Below are positions 10,322 through 21,426 of a stretch of DNA of 64,000 bases, piece after piece. The stretch spans positions 2,464,001-2,528,000 of the forward strand of contig OZ220733.1 in the NCBI GenBank assembly GCA_965116875.1, written 5' to 3'. Below the pieces are notes generated by a model. The model did no database searches, was not told where the DNA came from, and saw only the letters and a program-made list of their open reading frames with translations. Position numbers and translations under genes: made by a program. Source of the stretch: Candidatus Latescibacterota bacterium. GTDB lineage: Bacteria > Latescibacterota > UBA2968 > GCA-2709665. Within the stretch, counting starts at the first letter, position 1, and each line of letters begins with the position of its first letter.

Positions 10322-12533
10322 TGGCGTTGAAGATCCCGCTGGGACGCATCGCGCTGGCGGTCTGGTCCGGATCGGGCGCATAATAGCCGCCAAGATCCAC
10401 CGGCTCACCCTGGGCGGCCAGCAGTTCCGCGCTTATCCTGTCCTCATTCTCCTCGAGTTTCCTCGCGACGTCCCCAAACCTTGCTTTCAGTTCCGCGTCG
10501 CTTTCCTGCGCGGCCAGGGCCCGCGCCCAGTACATCGCGAGATAGAACGTGCTGCCCCGGTTGTCGATCTCGTTCACCCTTCGTGAGGGCGACCGCGAAT
10601 TCTCCAGGTATTTCGTGATGGCCCGGTCCAGCGTATCCGCAAACACCGCGGCCTTCGCGTTTCCCGCGGTCTCGGCGATCAGCCGGAACGACGGCACGAG
10701 GGCGCAGTATTCTCCCAGCGAGTCCCACCTCAGGTGCCCCTCCTTCAGGAACTGCTGGACGTGCTTGGGCGCCGATCCGCCCGCCCCGGTCTCGAACAGT
10801 CCGCCGCCGTTCATCAGCCTGACGATCGACAGCATCCGCGCACTGGTCCCGAGTTCCAATATTGGAAAGAGATCCGTCAGATAGTCGCGAAGCACGTTGC
10901 CCGTCGCCGCGATCGTATCCTCTCCCCTGCGTATCCGATCCAGCGAAAACCGCATCGCGTCGCGGGGCTTCAGCACGCGGACGTCCAGGCCCTCCGTGTC
11001 GTGTTCAGGGAGATAGACGTCCACCTTTGCGATGATTTCCGCGTCATGCGCCCTTTCACGGTCCAGCCAGAACACCACCGGCGTTGCGGAGACGCTCGCC
11101 CGCCTCACCGCCAGGCCCACCCAGTCCCTGATCGCGGCGTCCTTCGTCTGACACATCCGGAAGATATCCCCGACTTCCACCTCCTGAACGAGCAACACGT
11201 CGCCGGTCGCGTCCACAACGCGAATCACACCCGCGCCGGGAGCTTCGAAGGTCTTGTCGTGTGAGCCGTATTCCTCGGCCTTCTGCGCCATCAGACCCAC
11301 GTTGGCCACGCTGCCCATCGTGGCGGGGTCGAACTGCCCCCGCGCCTTCGCGTCTTCGAGAATCTCGCTGTACATGGTCGCATAGCACCGGTCCGGCACG
11401 ATGGCGATCGTATCCTGCAGTTCGCCGTCCCGGTTCCACATCTTCCCGCCGTCGCGGACCACGTTGGGCATCGAGGCATCGATAATCACGTCGTTCGGCA
11501 TATGGAGATTGGTGATGCCGCGATCGGAATCGACCATCGCCAGTCCGGGGCGACCCTCATATACCGCGGCAATGTCGGCCTCGATCTCCGCCCTTTTGCC
11601 GGCGGGAAGGCGATCGAGCCGTGACACCACGTCGGCCAGGCCGTAGTTCACGTCGGCGCCGATCGCTTCCAGCGTATCGGCATGTTTCTCCAGCGCTTCC
11701 TGAAAATAGACCGAAACGCAGTGGCCGAATATAACGGGGTCGGAGACTTTCATCATGGTGGACTTGAGATGCAACGAAAGCAGCGCGCCGTCCCGCTTCG
11801 CCGCATCCATCTGCTCCGAGAAGAACCGCCGGAGGGCGTTCACGTTCATCACCGCGGTGTCCACCACCTCGCCGGCTTCCAGGGATATCCCGTCCTTGAG
11901 TGCGTTGACCCGACCGTCGTCGCCGGCGAACTCGATTCGCACCCGGGTCGCTGCGATCACCGTGGTCGATTTCTCGCTTTCGAAGAAGTCCCCGCCCGTC
12001 ATGTGGGCGACCCGCGCCCTGGAGCCCGATTTCGGCCATGGCCGCATCATCCTGTGCGGATTCCTCCGGAAGAATGCCTTCACCGAAGCGGCGGGCCGCC
12101 GGTCGGAGTTGCCCTCGCGCAGGACGGGATTGACGGCTGAACCGAGCACCCCTGCGAATCGGGTCTGCAACTCTCTCTCAGCGTCGGTTTGCGGCTCGTC
12201 CGGGTAGTCAGGAATGTCGTAGCCCTTGTCTTGCAGTTCCTCGATGGCCGCTTTCAATTGCGGAACCGTGGCGCTGATATTGGGCAGCTTGAGGATATTG
12301 GCCTCGGGTTTCCGGGTCAGGGCGCCGAGTTCACCCAGGCAATCCGGAATCCGCTGCGCTTCGGCCAGGTTTTCCGGAAAGCTGGCGATGATCCTGCCGG
12401 CAAGGGAGATGTCGCTGAGTTCGACGTCAATGCCGGACCCACGGATGTAGGACCGTACAACCGGCAGCAACGCGGCGGTGGCCAGCGCGGGCGCTTCGTC
12501 GATCTTCGTCCACATGATTTTGGCTGTCGCCAT
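10305..12533 (-). CDS. icd: NADP-dependent isocitrate dehydrogenase, monomeric type
   Basis: [58 protein letters not shown]. Start ATG 12533 after a GGAG RBS. Confidence 0.97.
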   Translation of the reverse strand: MATAKIMWTKIDEAPALATAALLPVVRSYIRGSGIDVELSDISLAGRIIASFPENLAEAQRIPDCLGELGALTRKPEANILKLPNISATVPQLKAAIEELQDKGYDIPDYPDEPQTDAERELQTRFAGVLGSAVNPVLREGNSDRRPAASVKAFFRRNPHRMMRPWPKSGSRARVAHMTGGDFFESEKSTTVIAATRVRIEFAGDDGRVNALKDGISLEAGEVVDTAVMNVNALRRFFSEQMDAAKRDGALLSLHLKSTMMKVSDPVIFGHCVSVYFQEALEKHADTLEAIGADVNYGLADVVSRLDRLPAGKRAEIEADIAAVYEGRPGLAMVDSDRGITNLHMPNDVIIDASMPNVVRDGGKMWNRDGELQDTIAIVPDRCYATMYSEILEDAKARGQFDPATMGSVANVGLMAQKAEEYGSHDKTFEAPGAGVIRVVDATGDVLLVQEVEVGDIFRMCQTKDAAIRDWVGLAVRRASVSATPVVFWLDRERAHDAEIIAKVDVYLPEHDTEGLDVRVLKPRDAMRFSLDRIRRGEDTIAATGNVLRDYLTDLFPILELGTSARMLSIVRLMNGGGLFETGAGGSAPKHVQQFLKEGHLRWDSLGEYCALVPSFRLIAETAGNAKAAVFADTLDRAITKYLENSRSPSRRVNEIDNRGSTFYLAMYWARALAAQESDAELKARFGDVARKLEENEDRISAELLAAQGEPVDLGGYYAPDPDQTASAMRPSGIFNAIIDAV

Positions 12534-12591
12534 TTGCTGTCCTCTCCTTCTTGTATGGATCAACCAGGCGTAGGTCGGGTTTCGGGTTGTG

Positions 12592-15500
12592 TCATCCGTC
12601 CACACGCAGAAATCGCAGTTCGGAATTCTCACGTCCGAATCGTAACTCGTCAATCATTCCGTCCGGCCGGCGGACCTCCAGCCGTTCACCGTCCCATCGA
12701 CACATGGGCGTCCCGGTTTCACGGGTATCCGGCCAGATGACCGTCAGCAATTCCACCTCGCTTCCGGCCTGTGTGGTTGCATGCAGCGCGCGGTCGGTGA
12801 GCTGGGTCATCACGCAGTCCGGCGGCGCGACGCGGTCCAGAGTCACATCCGGGCCCGCAAACGCCAGAGACAGTCTCGTCTTGATTCCCCTGATTTCACA
12901 GCCCCCGTCCCCGTTGACGATCTCTCCAGCCGTATGCGCCATAAACGTCACCTGTACCGGTAGCTCGCTCCATATTTCATCCAGAACAACCAGGTACCGC
13001 CCGTCTACCATGACGACGTGGCGGCGGGCGCGTCCGACGTCGTCTCCGAACGACCTGTCCGCCTCCGCCGCGATGGCCAGATGCCGGGATGCCTCGTCCC
13101 AATACAGGAACGTCCCCGTTCCCGGTCCCTGCGGCCTGCCGTTCACCAGCGTGGTGCTGTATCCCACAGGCGGCGTACTGTAGTCGTGGCTGCGCCGGAT
13201 CAGCGGCTCTCCCCCCGCCACCACCTGGATCGCGTTCAGGTCCCGGCTCGTATGGCCGAAACCGGGAGCGGCGTATCCGCTCTTGAACGACACGTACAGC
13301 GCCGGATCGGGCCATTCCGAGGCGAGCGCGGCCCACCGGATCTCCTCGTAGACACGCAGGCGCTTCAACCCCGTCATGATGGATCCCAACAACGCCGGCG
13401 CCGGCCTGTCGCCCACGACGGTACGTGACGCCTCGTGCTGATAGGGAATCCCGGTGGAGCGCCACATCACCGTATACCAGTCCGATCGCCTGTTTTCGCC
13501 CTCGCCGCCGTATGCATCCGCAAACAGCGATAGGAGAGGTTGGTCAAACCGATGCGCCAGAAGATGCAGAAAAGGCGCCGCTCCGGTGTTCATACCGTCG
13601 TTGAACCCCGCAGGAACCCCACGCGGCGTAAAATAAACGGGAAAATACCCCGCGTCACGCATGCCCGGCAATGAAAAGACACCGTCGTCCCCGCCCGTTG
13701 CGGATTCCATTGCCGCGCCGTGCAGTATGATCCCCCGCAGAAATACCGCCCAGTAGTTGACGGATTCCGGCCAGGACCCATCGGTCGGAAACGCGCGCAT
13801 CGGCGTTCCGATGTCTTCCCTGGCAATCCTGAGAACGGCTTCCGCGTCGAGCGCTTCATCCCGGAGGCAAAGCGCCAGCACGGTCGCCACGCTATCCGAA
13901 ATCGGCGTCAGATTTGCAATCCTCCCCTTCCAGTACGCCTGGTCATTCTCCATGGCCCACAGGTACACCAGCAGCCCGTTCTCGACCAGCCGATCCCTGA
14001 GTACCCTGCGTTCATCAGGCGGGATCAGGTCTCCCAGCCAGTCCATCGCCAGCGCGCAGTACATCGCCTTCCACATCAGATCGGGATCCGCCCCGTAAAC
14101 CCTCGGATCTCCCCACAGCACGTGCTCCACGAGCACCCGGACCATCTTCCGGGCAAGTTCCCCGTAGCGGTCGTTTCCCTCGATCAGATAGACCAGGGCC
14201 GCGGCCATCATCTGGTGAGGGTCCCGCTGAAACAGCGTATCCTCCGAGTGGCCCTGCATCAGCAGGTCGTCGCCGGCGAGCAGGTCGTCGATCGCGATCT
14301 CGCGGACCTCGGTCCCATCGGGCGTGAGGCTGCGCTCCGAAATCGCCCCTCGCTGAAGCACTTCATCCACCTGCGCCCTCATTGCGTCATAGTGCGGTTT
14401 CAGGCCCCCTTCCTTCGCCTGCACCCGCAGCCGCTCCACGTCCTCGCTTCGCAGCAGAACACGCGGCTGACGACCCGTCCCCATAACGTTACAGGGACAT
14501 TCCAATCCGCCTGTCGCGTTCAACCCGATTGGCGCGAGGCGCAGCCGGTAACGTCCCCTTGGCACTTCACCGATACAGATTTCAAACGTCGTCTCTTCCG
14601 AATCCGCAACGACCCGTCCCCGTTCCAGCGTCTCGCCGGCGTCATTCACCATCGACGCCTGCCATTGCGTGCCGGCCAGGCCTTCGCCGGCCAACCTGAA
14701 TCGGCCGCGGCCGCGCTGATCGTTGCCCAACCGCAGCGGATCCAGGCGGATCCCCCGGGGCGGTACGAACTCGCATTGCGTTTCCGCCAGTATCGCGCCG
14801 GTCTCCGGATCGGAAACTGAAACCGCCAGGCGCGATGGATGAAGGAAGCCTCTGAACGTCCCGAACAGGCAGTCCAGACGCATACGTGTTTCGCCCTCAC
14901 CGCGGGATTGGTCCACGAAAACGGTTTCGCGTCCGTATGGATCGACAAGCACGACGCGAACGTCCAGCATTTCGGGCAGCCCGGTGGAAGGCTTCAGATT
15001 CATCCAGAGTTCCTTCTGCGTCAGACCCACGTCGCGAAGGCTCAGATTCTCGATTTTCAGCCGTGGACTCAACACCAGGCGCCCCAACCTGTCCGCCCGA
15101 AGGGGATCGCCGACAATCGGATACCGCACCGCCCGGCTCAGCGTGCTGACTTCCAACCCAGGCTGGATGCGGGAGAGACCGTTGACCACGAATCCGTCCG
15201 GTAACATCTCGGGCGGCGGCGTATCCGTCCAATCCGTAAACCGCGAGACGTTCAGGGGAATCTGCAGCCCGGACCGGGGACGAACGCCGAGCATCGCCCA
15301 GGGCGCCGTCAGACGCGCCGACCACCCTTTCCCGCCCGTGTCCACGACGAACTCCGCCCGCTCCGCGCCATCGGGCAGCCGGACCGTCCCATCCGAAAGA
15401 CACGCCAACTGAAGCAGCCTGTCTTCCCCCGTCACGATCGACACGACAATGCGGTCTTCCCCCTCTGTCCGACCTTCGCACGTCGCCGAAACCACCAGCG

Positions 15501-15750
15501 TCCGGCGGGTCCAGAACGCGGAGACGCGCGTACGTCCTCGCGGCCGATCCAGATGCGGGCGGACGGGGTCCATCATATTTCGCGTTCCCCGGCGCTTCGC
15601 GTACTCGAATCCGGTCAGCTTGGAACTCCGCCGGCTGTCCCAGATGTGCTTCGCAATCTCCATCCGGGCCAGTTCACCCAGCGCCGTGGATTCCCGCCCC
15701 GCGGGCCATACGTCTTTCCGATTCAGTTCGATTTCCATTATTCGGACCAA
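12592..15750 (-). CDS. Large multidomain heparinase II/III-like protein with N-terminal carbohydrate-binding-like modules
   Basis: [28 protein letters not shown] and [17 protein letters not shown]. The N-terminal [14 protein letters not shown]...IPLNVSR resembles CBM9/DOMON-like domains. Start uncertain. Confidence 0.65.
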   Translation of the reverse strand: MVRIMEIELNRKDVWPAGRESTALGELARMEIAKHIWDSRRSSKLTGFEYAKRRGTRNMMDPVRPHLDRPRGRTRVSAFWTRRTLVVSATCEGRTEGEDRIVVSIVTGEDRLLQLACLSDGTVRLPDGAERAEFVVDTGGKGWSARLTAPWAMLGVRPRSGLQIPLNVSRFTDWTDTPPPEMLPDGFVVNGLSRIQPGLEVSTLSRAVRYPIVGDPLRADRLGRLVLSPRLKIENLSLRDVGLTQKELWMNLKPSTGLPEMLDVRVVLVDPYGRETVFVDQSRGEGETRMRLDCLFGTFRGFLHPSRLAVSVSDPETGAILAETQCEFVPPRGIRLDPLRLGNDQRGRGRFRLAGEGLAGTQWQASMVNDAGETLERGRVVADSEETTFEICIGEVPRGRYRLRLAPIGLNATGGLECPCNVMGTGRQPRVLLRSEDVERLRVQAKEGGLKPHYDAMRAQVDEVLQRGAISERSLTPDGTEVREIAIDDLLAGDDLLMQGHSEDTLFQRDPHQMMAAALVYLIEGNDRYGELARKMVRVLVEHVLWGDPRVYGADPDLMWKAMYCALAMDWLGDLIPPDERRVLRDRLVENGLLVYLWAMENDQAYWKGRIANLTPISDSVATVLALCLRDEALDAEAVLRIAREDIGTPMRAFPTDGSWPESVNYWAVFLRGIILHGAAMESATGGDDGVFSLPGMRDAGYFPVYFTPRGVPAGFNDGMNTGAAPFLHLLAHRFDQPLLSLFADAYGGEGENRRSDWYTVMWRSTGIPYQHEASRTVVGDRPAPALLGSIMTGLKRLRVYEEIRWAALASEWPDPALYVSFKSGYAAPGFGHTSRDLNAIQVVAGGEPLIRRSHDYSTPPVGYSTTLVNGRPQGPGTGTFLYWDEASRHLAIAAEADRSFGDDVGRARRHVVMVDGRYLVVLDEIWSELPVQVTFMAHTAGEIVNGDGGCEIRGIKTRLSLAFAGPDVTLDRVAPPDCVMTQLTDRALHATTQAGSEVELLTVIWPDTRETGTPMCRWDGERLEVRRPDGMIDELRFGRENSELRFLRVDG

Positions 15751-15757
15751 TCTGGCC

Positions 15758-15864
15758 GGGCGCCCACAAGGGACGCCCCTACCATTTCAATCCCCATTCA
15801 TTCACAAATCCGGAACTTACATTGTGTGCCCCGTACCTCGTAGGGGCGTCCCTTGTGGGCACCC
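15758..15864. repeat. REP-like inverted doublet GTAGGGGCGTCCCTTGTGGGC(G/A)CCC
   Basis: The 25-nt unit at 15840-15864 and its reverse complement at 15758-15782 differ by one base. Each unit begins with GTAG and is internally palindromic. Confidence 0.8.
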
Positions 15865-16008
15865 TGCGTTTCGGTTGTCTCCGGGTTCTCGTTGCGCCGT
15901 CGTGTCTTCGTGTGAGCTTTATTGGCCAAACGCATTGAATTTGGGAGATGTCCCCGGTCAAAACGTTAACTGAATCCAATTCAAAACAAAAGCGAATCAT
16001 TGACATAG

Positions 16009-16037
16009 ATTCTATTCCAAAAGGGAATAGATTGCAA
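16009..16037 (-). promoter_or_regulatory. Sigma70-like promoter TTGCAA-N17-TAGAAT with overlapping inverted repeat TCTATTCC-N5-GGAATAGA
   Basis: Read on the minus strand in the AT-rich gap upstream of the 12592-15750 gene. The palindrome spans 16011-16031. Confidence 0.55.
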
Positions 16038-16085
16038 ATGGGCCGCCAGAACCCGCCGCGCGCGCTCGATAGCACGCCACCAACC

Positions 16086-17060
16086 TCATCCCGCTTCGGT
16101 AATCCTGTACAACGGCTCCAGCCCGCGCGCGATCCGATCCACGTTTTCCGCGCACGCCTCTCCACGCCTCCTGGATGTGCCATAGGTCTGACCCGCGGTG
16201 TGGGGCGTGGCCACGACGTTCGGCATGTTCATAAACGGATGGTCCGCGGGCAGCGGCTCTTCGGCGTACACATCCAGCCCTGCGCCCCGGATCCTCCCGC
16301 TTCGCAACGCCTCCACCAGCGCGTCTTCATCCGCAATCTCCCCCCTTGCCACGTTGATCAGCACCGCCGTGGGTTTCATCGCCGCCAGGGCCCGGCCGTC
16401 GATCATATGCCGCGTTTTCGACGTCAGCGGCACGTGCAGCGACACGTAGTCGGCCCGCGCGAGAATGACCTCCAGTTCGGACGGCGCCCCGAACGCCTCC
16501 ACCCCGAGCTCATCCAGCCGTTCCCCGGGGATATCGACCGCGTCCACGGCCGCAATCCGCATTCCCATCGCTTTCGCCCGTGCCGCCAGCGCCTGTCCGC
16601 TCGCGCCCAGCCCGACGAGCGCGAGCGTCTTCCCCTCCAGCTCCTCGCTCACCGGAAAGTAGAACACCTTCGACCGGAGGTTCCGCACGTGTTCGTCGAA
16701 CTGCTTCGCGAAGTAAAGCATCAGGAACATCGCGTGTTCCGCCAGCGCCACCGCGCTGAACGGGCCGGGGGTATTGGCCAACATCAGACCCTTTTCGAGG
16801 AAATACGCCACGTCCACGTGGTCCACCCCGGTTCCCAGCACCTGCCACAGCTTCACGCGGGCAGCCAGCGCGGCGTCGATCAGAGCCCGCGTTCCCACCG
16901 ATCCGCCCTGGTCCACCACCACCTCCACGTCCTCGAACTGCCCGGCCACGGGTTTCTCGGGATCGTACAGGCATACCGTATGCCCGTCCCCGACCGCCGA
17001 TCTGAAATCGTCGTACCACGGTTGGAGCATGCCGGGTACGTTCAGGTACAGGACCTTCAT
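16086..17060 (-). CDS. D-isomer specific 2-hydroxyacid dehydrogenase
   Basis: LVGLGASG, LHVPLT, INVARGEI, GAGLDVYAEEP, ATPHTAG. Confidence 0.92.
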   Translation of the reverse strand: MKVLYLNVPGMLQPWYDDFRSAVGDGHTVCLYDPEKPVAGQFEDVEVVVDQGGSVGTRALIDAALAARVKLWQVLGTGVDHVDVAYFLEKGLMLANTPGPFSAVALAEHAMFLMLYFAKQFDEHVRNLRSKVFYFPVSEELEGKTLALVGLGASGQALAARAKAMGMRIAAVDAVDIPGERLDELGVEAFGAPSELEVILARADYVSLHVPLTSKTRHMIDGRALAAMKPTAVLINVARGEIADEDALVEALRSGRIRGAGLDVYAEEPLPADHPFMNMPNVVATPHTAGQTYGTSRRRGEACAENVDRIARGLEPLYRITEAG

Positions 17061-17097
17061 CTGATATCAACCTCCGGATTGTGTTTGGGCGTTCGTG

Positions 17098-17275
17098 ACC
17101 TACCCCCTGACCCCCTTCCTGAAGGAAGGGGGAACCGGGGTTCATCGGTGTCTTGTCCTTGAGAAAAAACGGAGATGACGTTACCGCGTCGATGAGAGTT
17201 TATATGGGAAGGCGTCAACGCACCGCTTCGCTTTTCTCCCCCTTTCCTTCAGGAGAGGGGGCCGGGGGGAGAGGT
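17098..17275. repeat. Inverted pair of palindromic extragenic repeats (CCCCCTTCCTGAAGGAAGGGGG type)
   Basis: ACCTACCCCCTGACCCCCTTCCTGAAGGAAGGGGGAA (~17098-17134) resembles the reverse complement of TTCTCCCCCTTTCCTTCAGGAGAGGGGGCCGGGGGGAGAGGT (~17234-17275). Three GCTGAnn heptamers follow at 17279-17299. Confidence 0.65.
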
Positions 17276-17301
17276 CCCGCTGACGGCTGACCGCTGATTC
17301 T

Positions 17302-19302
17302 TTAATAATTATGAAACCCGTGCCCCTGTCCGGGAAACCAGATCAGGTCGACGACCTGTGCGATGCCGATGCCAACGCAGTAACCGATCACCGTCCCGTA
17401 GAAAAACGGCTTGGCTTTTTCGTACATCCGCGGCCCCCCGTAGTGTACGATCAGCAACTTGGCCGCCCATACCAGCATGATGCTCAGAACATAGTACCTG
17501 GGTCCGGTGGTGTACTGGAACGCCAGGCCCAGCGGGTGCAGCGGCCACCATGGAAACCACGTCCGCAGCAGCGCCAGCAAGCCCGCCTCGGCCGCGCCGA
17601 AGAGCCACACCCCCAGCTTCTGCGGGTCGAACACGGTCCGGTCGGTTTCGCCGATAGACGTAGCGAGGCCGTTGAATATGCCGTGCGGCCCCTCCCATAA
17701 CGTCCACGACCTCAGAAACAGCGCGGACTCCGTGTAGCAGTAATAGACGATGAAGCCCACGCAAACCAGAAAGCTGACCACGAATCCGACAAAAACGGTC
17801 CCGCCGACCCATCCCCGGCGGGACTTCAGGTGGTCCATCGCCTTCAGATGATGGGGCAGCATCTGAATCGTCTGCAGCCTGCCCCCGCCAAAGAAGACGC
17901 TGCTGTTCAATAGCCCCAGTCCCACCAGGTTCCGGGTATCCATCGTGGCCGTGCCGGTGATGGACTTCAGCCACCATCCGCCCTTGCCGCCCACGGGAAC
18001 CAGATACCCGAACCCTGTCGCCGCCATGTATTTCGCCACGGTGAAATACGCAATGAACATCAACGTCATCTGTCCCAGTGCGAGGCTGAACGAGAGGCCC
18101 ACGGCCATGAAGAACCCGCAGACGAAACTCGCACAGACCAGGAGTCCCGCCACCGCGGTCCTGTAGGACACCGGACCCTCTCCCTCACCGCCGCCTTCCC
18201 AGGCCTTCTTCCAGACGTACGCGAGGTGACGCCTGGCCATCCACAGCGACCACACCACCAGGACCGTCATCGCCCCGTGGCTTTCCAGGTTGACGATCTC
18301 GTTGCCGGTGGAGGGTTGACCCGCCATGCCCACGGTGAATCCCGTGCGGTTCATCACCCCGACCTTCACCACCGCCAGCAGCCCCATGAACCAGAAGCTG
18401 AACAGCAGGTCCAGGCGACACAGATAACCCAGACCGATCACCAGAGGCAGGACCCGGTAGTAGACGCGCGGGAAATTCTGGGCGACTACCATCCACTTGG
18501 TATTCACCGAATCGAACAGCGTCACGCGCGGCACCTGCGGATACCAGAACGTGATGATGTTCCAGCAGATGATGCCGGCGGTCCACGAAAAGCCCAGCCA
18601 GAACACGGGCGACCGGAAGAGCCCCGGAATGGCGTGACCCGGTCCGATCCCCTCGGTCAGGTCCGTGGGAAAACTGACCAGCGGATAGGTCAACCGCTCG
18701 GCATCGGCCCACTGGCGATGGAAGATCGTGGTAACGAAAAAAGCCACGCCCACCATGGCGAGGCTTCCTGCCAGCCACCATCCCACCGGCGCCAGCCATC
18801 CGGACCAGGGAACGGTCTCCCCCTTGCGCAGCCCGAAATAGAACCGGTCCACGATTTCCGGCACAGGCTCGGGGAATGCCCAGTGCGGCAGCTCGTCGAG
18901 GAACAGGTCCGCCCAGCGGTTCTCGGGGGTCGCGAAGAAATGCGGTGCGGGCAGCGCGCCCGTCATATACCCGGTCCAGCCCACCCCGGGCATCATCCCC
19001 GCGATCCAGGCCATGGCGAAGATGACCATCATCTCGGTGCGGGAAAGCACGCTGCGCGGCGCAACCCGGGCGATCGCCATATTGACGACCACCCAGATTG
19101 TAAATACGAGGATCAACGAGACGGGGAAATTCGACTTGACCAGCGACCCCACGTGCAGCACCATCGACCCGGCAATGCCGTAATAGGCCGAGGCGGCCGC
19201 CGTCAACAGGCCCAGAACCACCGACCGCGCGGTGATACCGCTTTGCGCGGACACGGGGTCGTGCAAACCCTTCTGTTGATCCGAAAGACGGGCCTGGGCC
19301 AT
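17302..19302 (-). CDS. DUF6785/DUF6784-type multi-pass membrane protein (putative peptide transporter)
   Basis: ITARSVVLG, RQWADAERLTYPLV, LDLLFSFW, FPWWPLHPLG, YGGPRMYEKAKPFFYG; many TM segments. Confidence 0.8.
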   Translation of the reverse strand: MAQARLSDQQKGLHDPVSAQSGITARSVVLGLLTAAASAYYGIAGSMVLHVGSLVKSNFPVSLILVFTIWVVVNMAIARVAPRSVLSRTEMMVIFAMAWIAGMMPGVGWTGYMTGALPAPHFFATPENRWADLFLDELPHWAFPEPVPEIVDRFYFGLRKGETVPWSGWLAPVGWWLAGSLAMVGVAFFVTTIFHRQWADAERLTYPLVSFPTDLTEGIGPGHAIPGLFRSPVFWLGFSWTAGIICWNIITFWYPQVPRVTLFDSVNTKWMVVAQNFPRVYYRVLPLVIGLGYLCRLDLLFSFWFMGLLAVVKVGVMNRTGFTVGMAGQPSTGNEIVNLESHGAMTVLVVWSLWMARRHLAYVWKKAWEGGGEGEGPVSYRTAVAGLLVCASFVCGFFMAVGLSFSLALGQMTLMFIAYFTVAKYMAATGFGYLVPVGGKGGWWLKSITGTATMDTRNLVGLGLLNSSVFFGGGRLQTIQMLPHHLKAMDHLKSRRGWVGGTVFVGFVVSFLVCVGFIVYYCYTESALFLRSWTLWEGPHGIFNGLATSIGETDRTVFDPQKLGVWLFGAAEAGLLALLRTWFPWWPLHPLGLAFQYTTGPRYYVLSIMLVWAAKLLIVHYGGPRMYEKAKPFFYGTVIGYCVGIGIAQVVDLIWFPGQGHGFHNY

Positions 19303-19360
19303 TTCACCGCTCCCCAAGGCGAAACCGGCGGGCTGTCGGTGGTTCGGTCATCCCGTCGTC

Positions 19361-20191
19361 TCATCCGCCCGGAACAAACCGCCTGAGATAGTCGACCGCT
19401 TTGGGGACCGCCGTCTCCTCCGCCTCCACCGCCTGACCTTCGTACACCACGGAAACCCAACCGTTAAAGTCCACGCCTCCCAGGATCTCGAAGATTCTGG
19501 GATAGTCCAGCCAGGCCTCCTCTCCGGTCTGAATCCGGTAAATTTTCGCGCGCACGTGCACGGCCAGAGGGGCCGTTTCGGCGATGCTCCCGTAGAAATC
19601 CAGCGCGGGGTCCTCTCTCCCGTTCGCTCCGCTGGCGCCTGGCGATCCAACGTACTGCCCCGTGTCCAGGATATGCGAAAGATAGGCATTGTCCACGGTC
19701 TCGATAATGCGGCGTACGTCCTTCCCCGTCCGGGTCACGCACCCGTGGTTGTGGTTGTGCAGGCCCAGCACCACGCCTTTCTCCTCGCCGTAGGCCGCAA
19801 CCTCGCGCATACACGGCATCATTCGCGCCCACACCTCCTCCTCCGTCGCGCCGCCGCGGACCCACGCCGCGAATATCCGCACCATCGGGACCCCCATGAA
19901 AGCCGCCACGTCCACCCACTCCTTGACCTCGGAAACCGCGCCGGCAAGCTCCGGCTCCGGCCGGCCGAAGTCGTTGCTTACCCCGATATAGGAAATCGCC
20001 AGCCCGCGCTTCAGACACCGCATCCTGATTTCCCGCAGGTACGCCGGATCCGTGGAGGCGAACGCCCGGGTATGGACGTCGATGCCGTCCAGCCTCAACT
20101 CATACGCCCGGTCGATAAACCCCTCCAGGTCCATCGCGCCTTCCGCAAACCTGTCCTTGTAGCTCAGCGACATGCAGCCCAGTTTCATCAT
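19361..20191 (-). CDS. Sugar phosphate isomerase/epimerase family TIM-barrel protein
   Basis: Start reset to MMKLGCMSLS. VRIFA, LGLHNHNH, LDTGQ, HVRAK, VSVVYEG. Confidence 0.85.
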   Translation of the reverse strand: MMKLGCMSLSYKDRFAEGAMDLEGFIDRAYELRLDGIDVHTRAFASTDPAYLREIRMRCLKRGLAISYIGVSNDFGRPEPELAGAVSEVKEWVDVAAFMGVPMVRIFAAWVRGGATEEEVWARMMPCMREVAAYGEEKGVVLGLHNHNHGCVTRTGKDVRRIIETVDNAYLSHILDTGQYVGSPGASGANGREDPALDFYGSIAETAPLAVHVRAKIYRIQTGEEAWLDYPRIFEILGGVDFNGWVSVVYEGQAVEAEETAVPKAVDYLRRFVPGG

Positions 20192-20246
20192 ACCGTCGAT
20201 CTCCTCCATCGTGCCCGACAACGACTCGTGCCGGACATCTCGCAGT

Positions 20247-21374
20247 TTATATCCGTTCCAGGACTTCCAGAAGCCTGTCCACGTCCGCGCTGCCATTGTA
20301 CAGATGGGTGGACACCCGCAGCCGGCCGTATTCCCCCCAGCACAGCACATTGTGCGCCGCGAGAGCCGTTTCGAGCCCCTTGGCGTCGTCCACCGCAAAG
20401 CAGGTGTTTCCGGAACGCGCTCCGCGTTCCCTCGGGCTGATCACCGGGTATCCGAGCCGGTCCAGGCCCGCGCTCACCTCCTCCGAAAGATCGCGCGCGT
20501 GCGCATCGATTTGTTCCATACCCACGCCCAGCAGAACCTCCAGCGCCTTGTCCAGGTGCATCACCACCATCATCGCCGGATTTCCGGGCTCCATCCGGTC
20601 CGGCATCGGCTTTTCATCCACGTCGGGATGGCGCTCGGCGCGCTGGGCCGGCCACACAGCCAGATTCCGCCAGCCATAGCACGTCGTTCCGATCTGGGAC
20701 TCCGCGTGTTCGCTCACGTAGTACGGCGCAACGCCGTGCGTTGCCAGCAGCCATTTGTAGCTGCTGCTCACGGTCACGTCCGTCAACCCCGCGTCGACCC
20801 GCACCACGCCGGACGCATGGGTGGCGTCAACCGCCAGCAGTACGCCCCTCTCGCGCGTTCCCTCGGAGAGCCGCGCCACATCCAGGTTCTGCCCCGTATA
20901 GAAACTCACCTGGCTCACGGCCAGCACCCGGGTGCGTGAATCCACGGCATCCAGCAGGTCCGTCTCGTGGACAAACCAGTCCCGATGCGGAACCAGGCGC
21001 ACCTCCACACCCAGCCGGTCCAGCTGCTTCCACGCGTATGCCACCGACGGGAACTCCAGATTCGTCGTCACCACATTATCCCCGTCCCGCCAGTCCAGGC
21101 CCCGCGCCAGCCAGTTGATCCCCTCGGCCGCGGACGGCATGAACGCAATTCGATTTGCGGGCACGCCCCATAAATCACCCATCCGGCCGCGACAGCGGTT
21201 CCCGATCGTGTAGATCACGCCCCGCCCGTCGTATCCCCCGCTCTTCAGGCGCGAGAACTCGGCATAGACCGACTCCTGCGCCTTCAGCCACGGGCTTTCA
21301 CCTCCCGTACACAGATGTGTGATTCCTTCAAGCCCCACGAATTCTTCCGGTGAAATCAACGGCTCGATCTTCAT
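20247..21374 (-). CDS. Class V PLP-dependent aminotransferase (cysteine desulfurase-like fold)
   Basis: EFPSVAYAW, VDATHASG, SSSYKWLL (PLP lysine), LRVSTHLYN. Confidence 0.9.
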   Translation of the reverse strand: MKIEPLISPEEFVGLEGITHLCTGGESPWLKAQESVYAEFSRLKSGGYDGRGVIYTIGNRCRGRMGDLWGVPANRIAFMPSAAEGINWLARGLDWRDGDNVVTTNLEFPSVAYAWKQLDRLGVEVRLVPHRDWFVHETDLLDAVDSRTRVLAVSQVSFYTGQNLDVARLSEGTRERGVLLAVDATHASGVVRVDAGLTDVTVSSSYKWLLATHGVAPYYVSEHAESQIGTTCYGWRNLAVWPAQRAERHPDVDEKPMPDRMEPGNPAMMVVMHLDKALEVLLGVGMEQIDAHARDLSEEVSAGLDRLGYPVISPRERGARSGNTCFAVDDAKGLETALAAHNVLCWGEYGRLRVSTHLYNGSADVDRLLEVLERI

Positions 21375-21426
21375 AGACCCTCATCTGCGGAAGCTGTCTT
21401 TAGAAGTTGTTTAAAATTCCCGGCGG

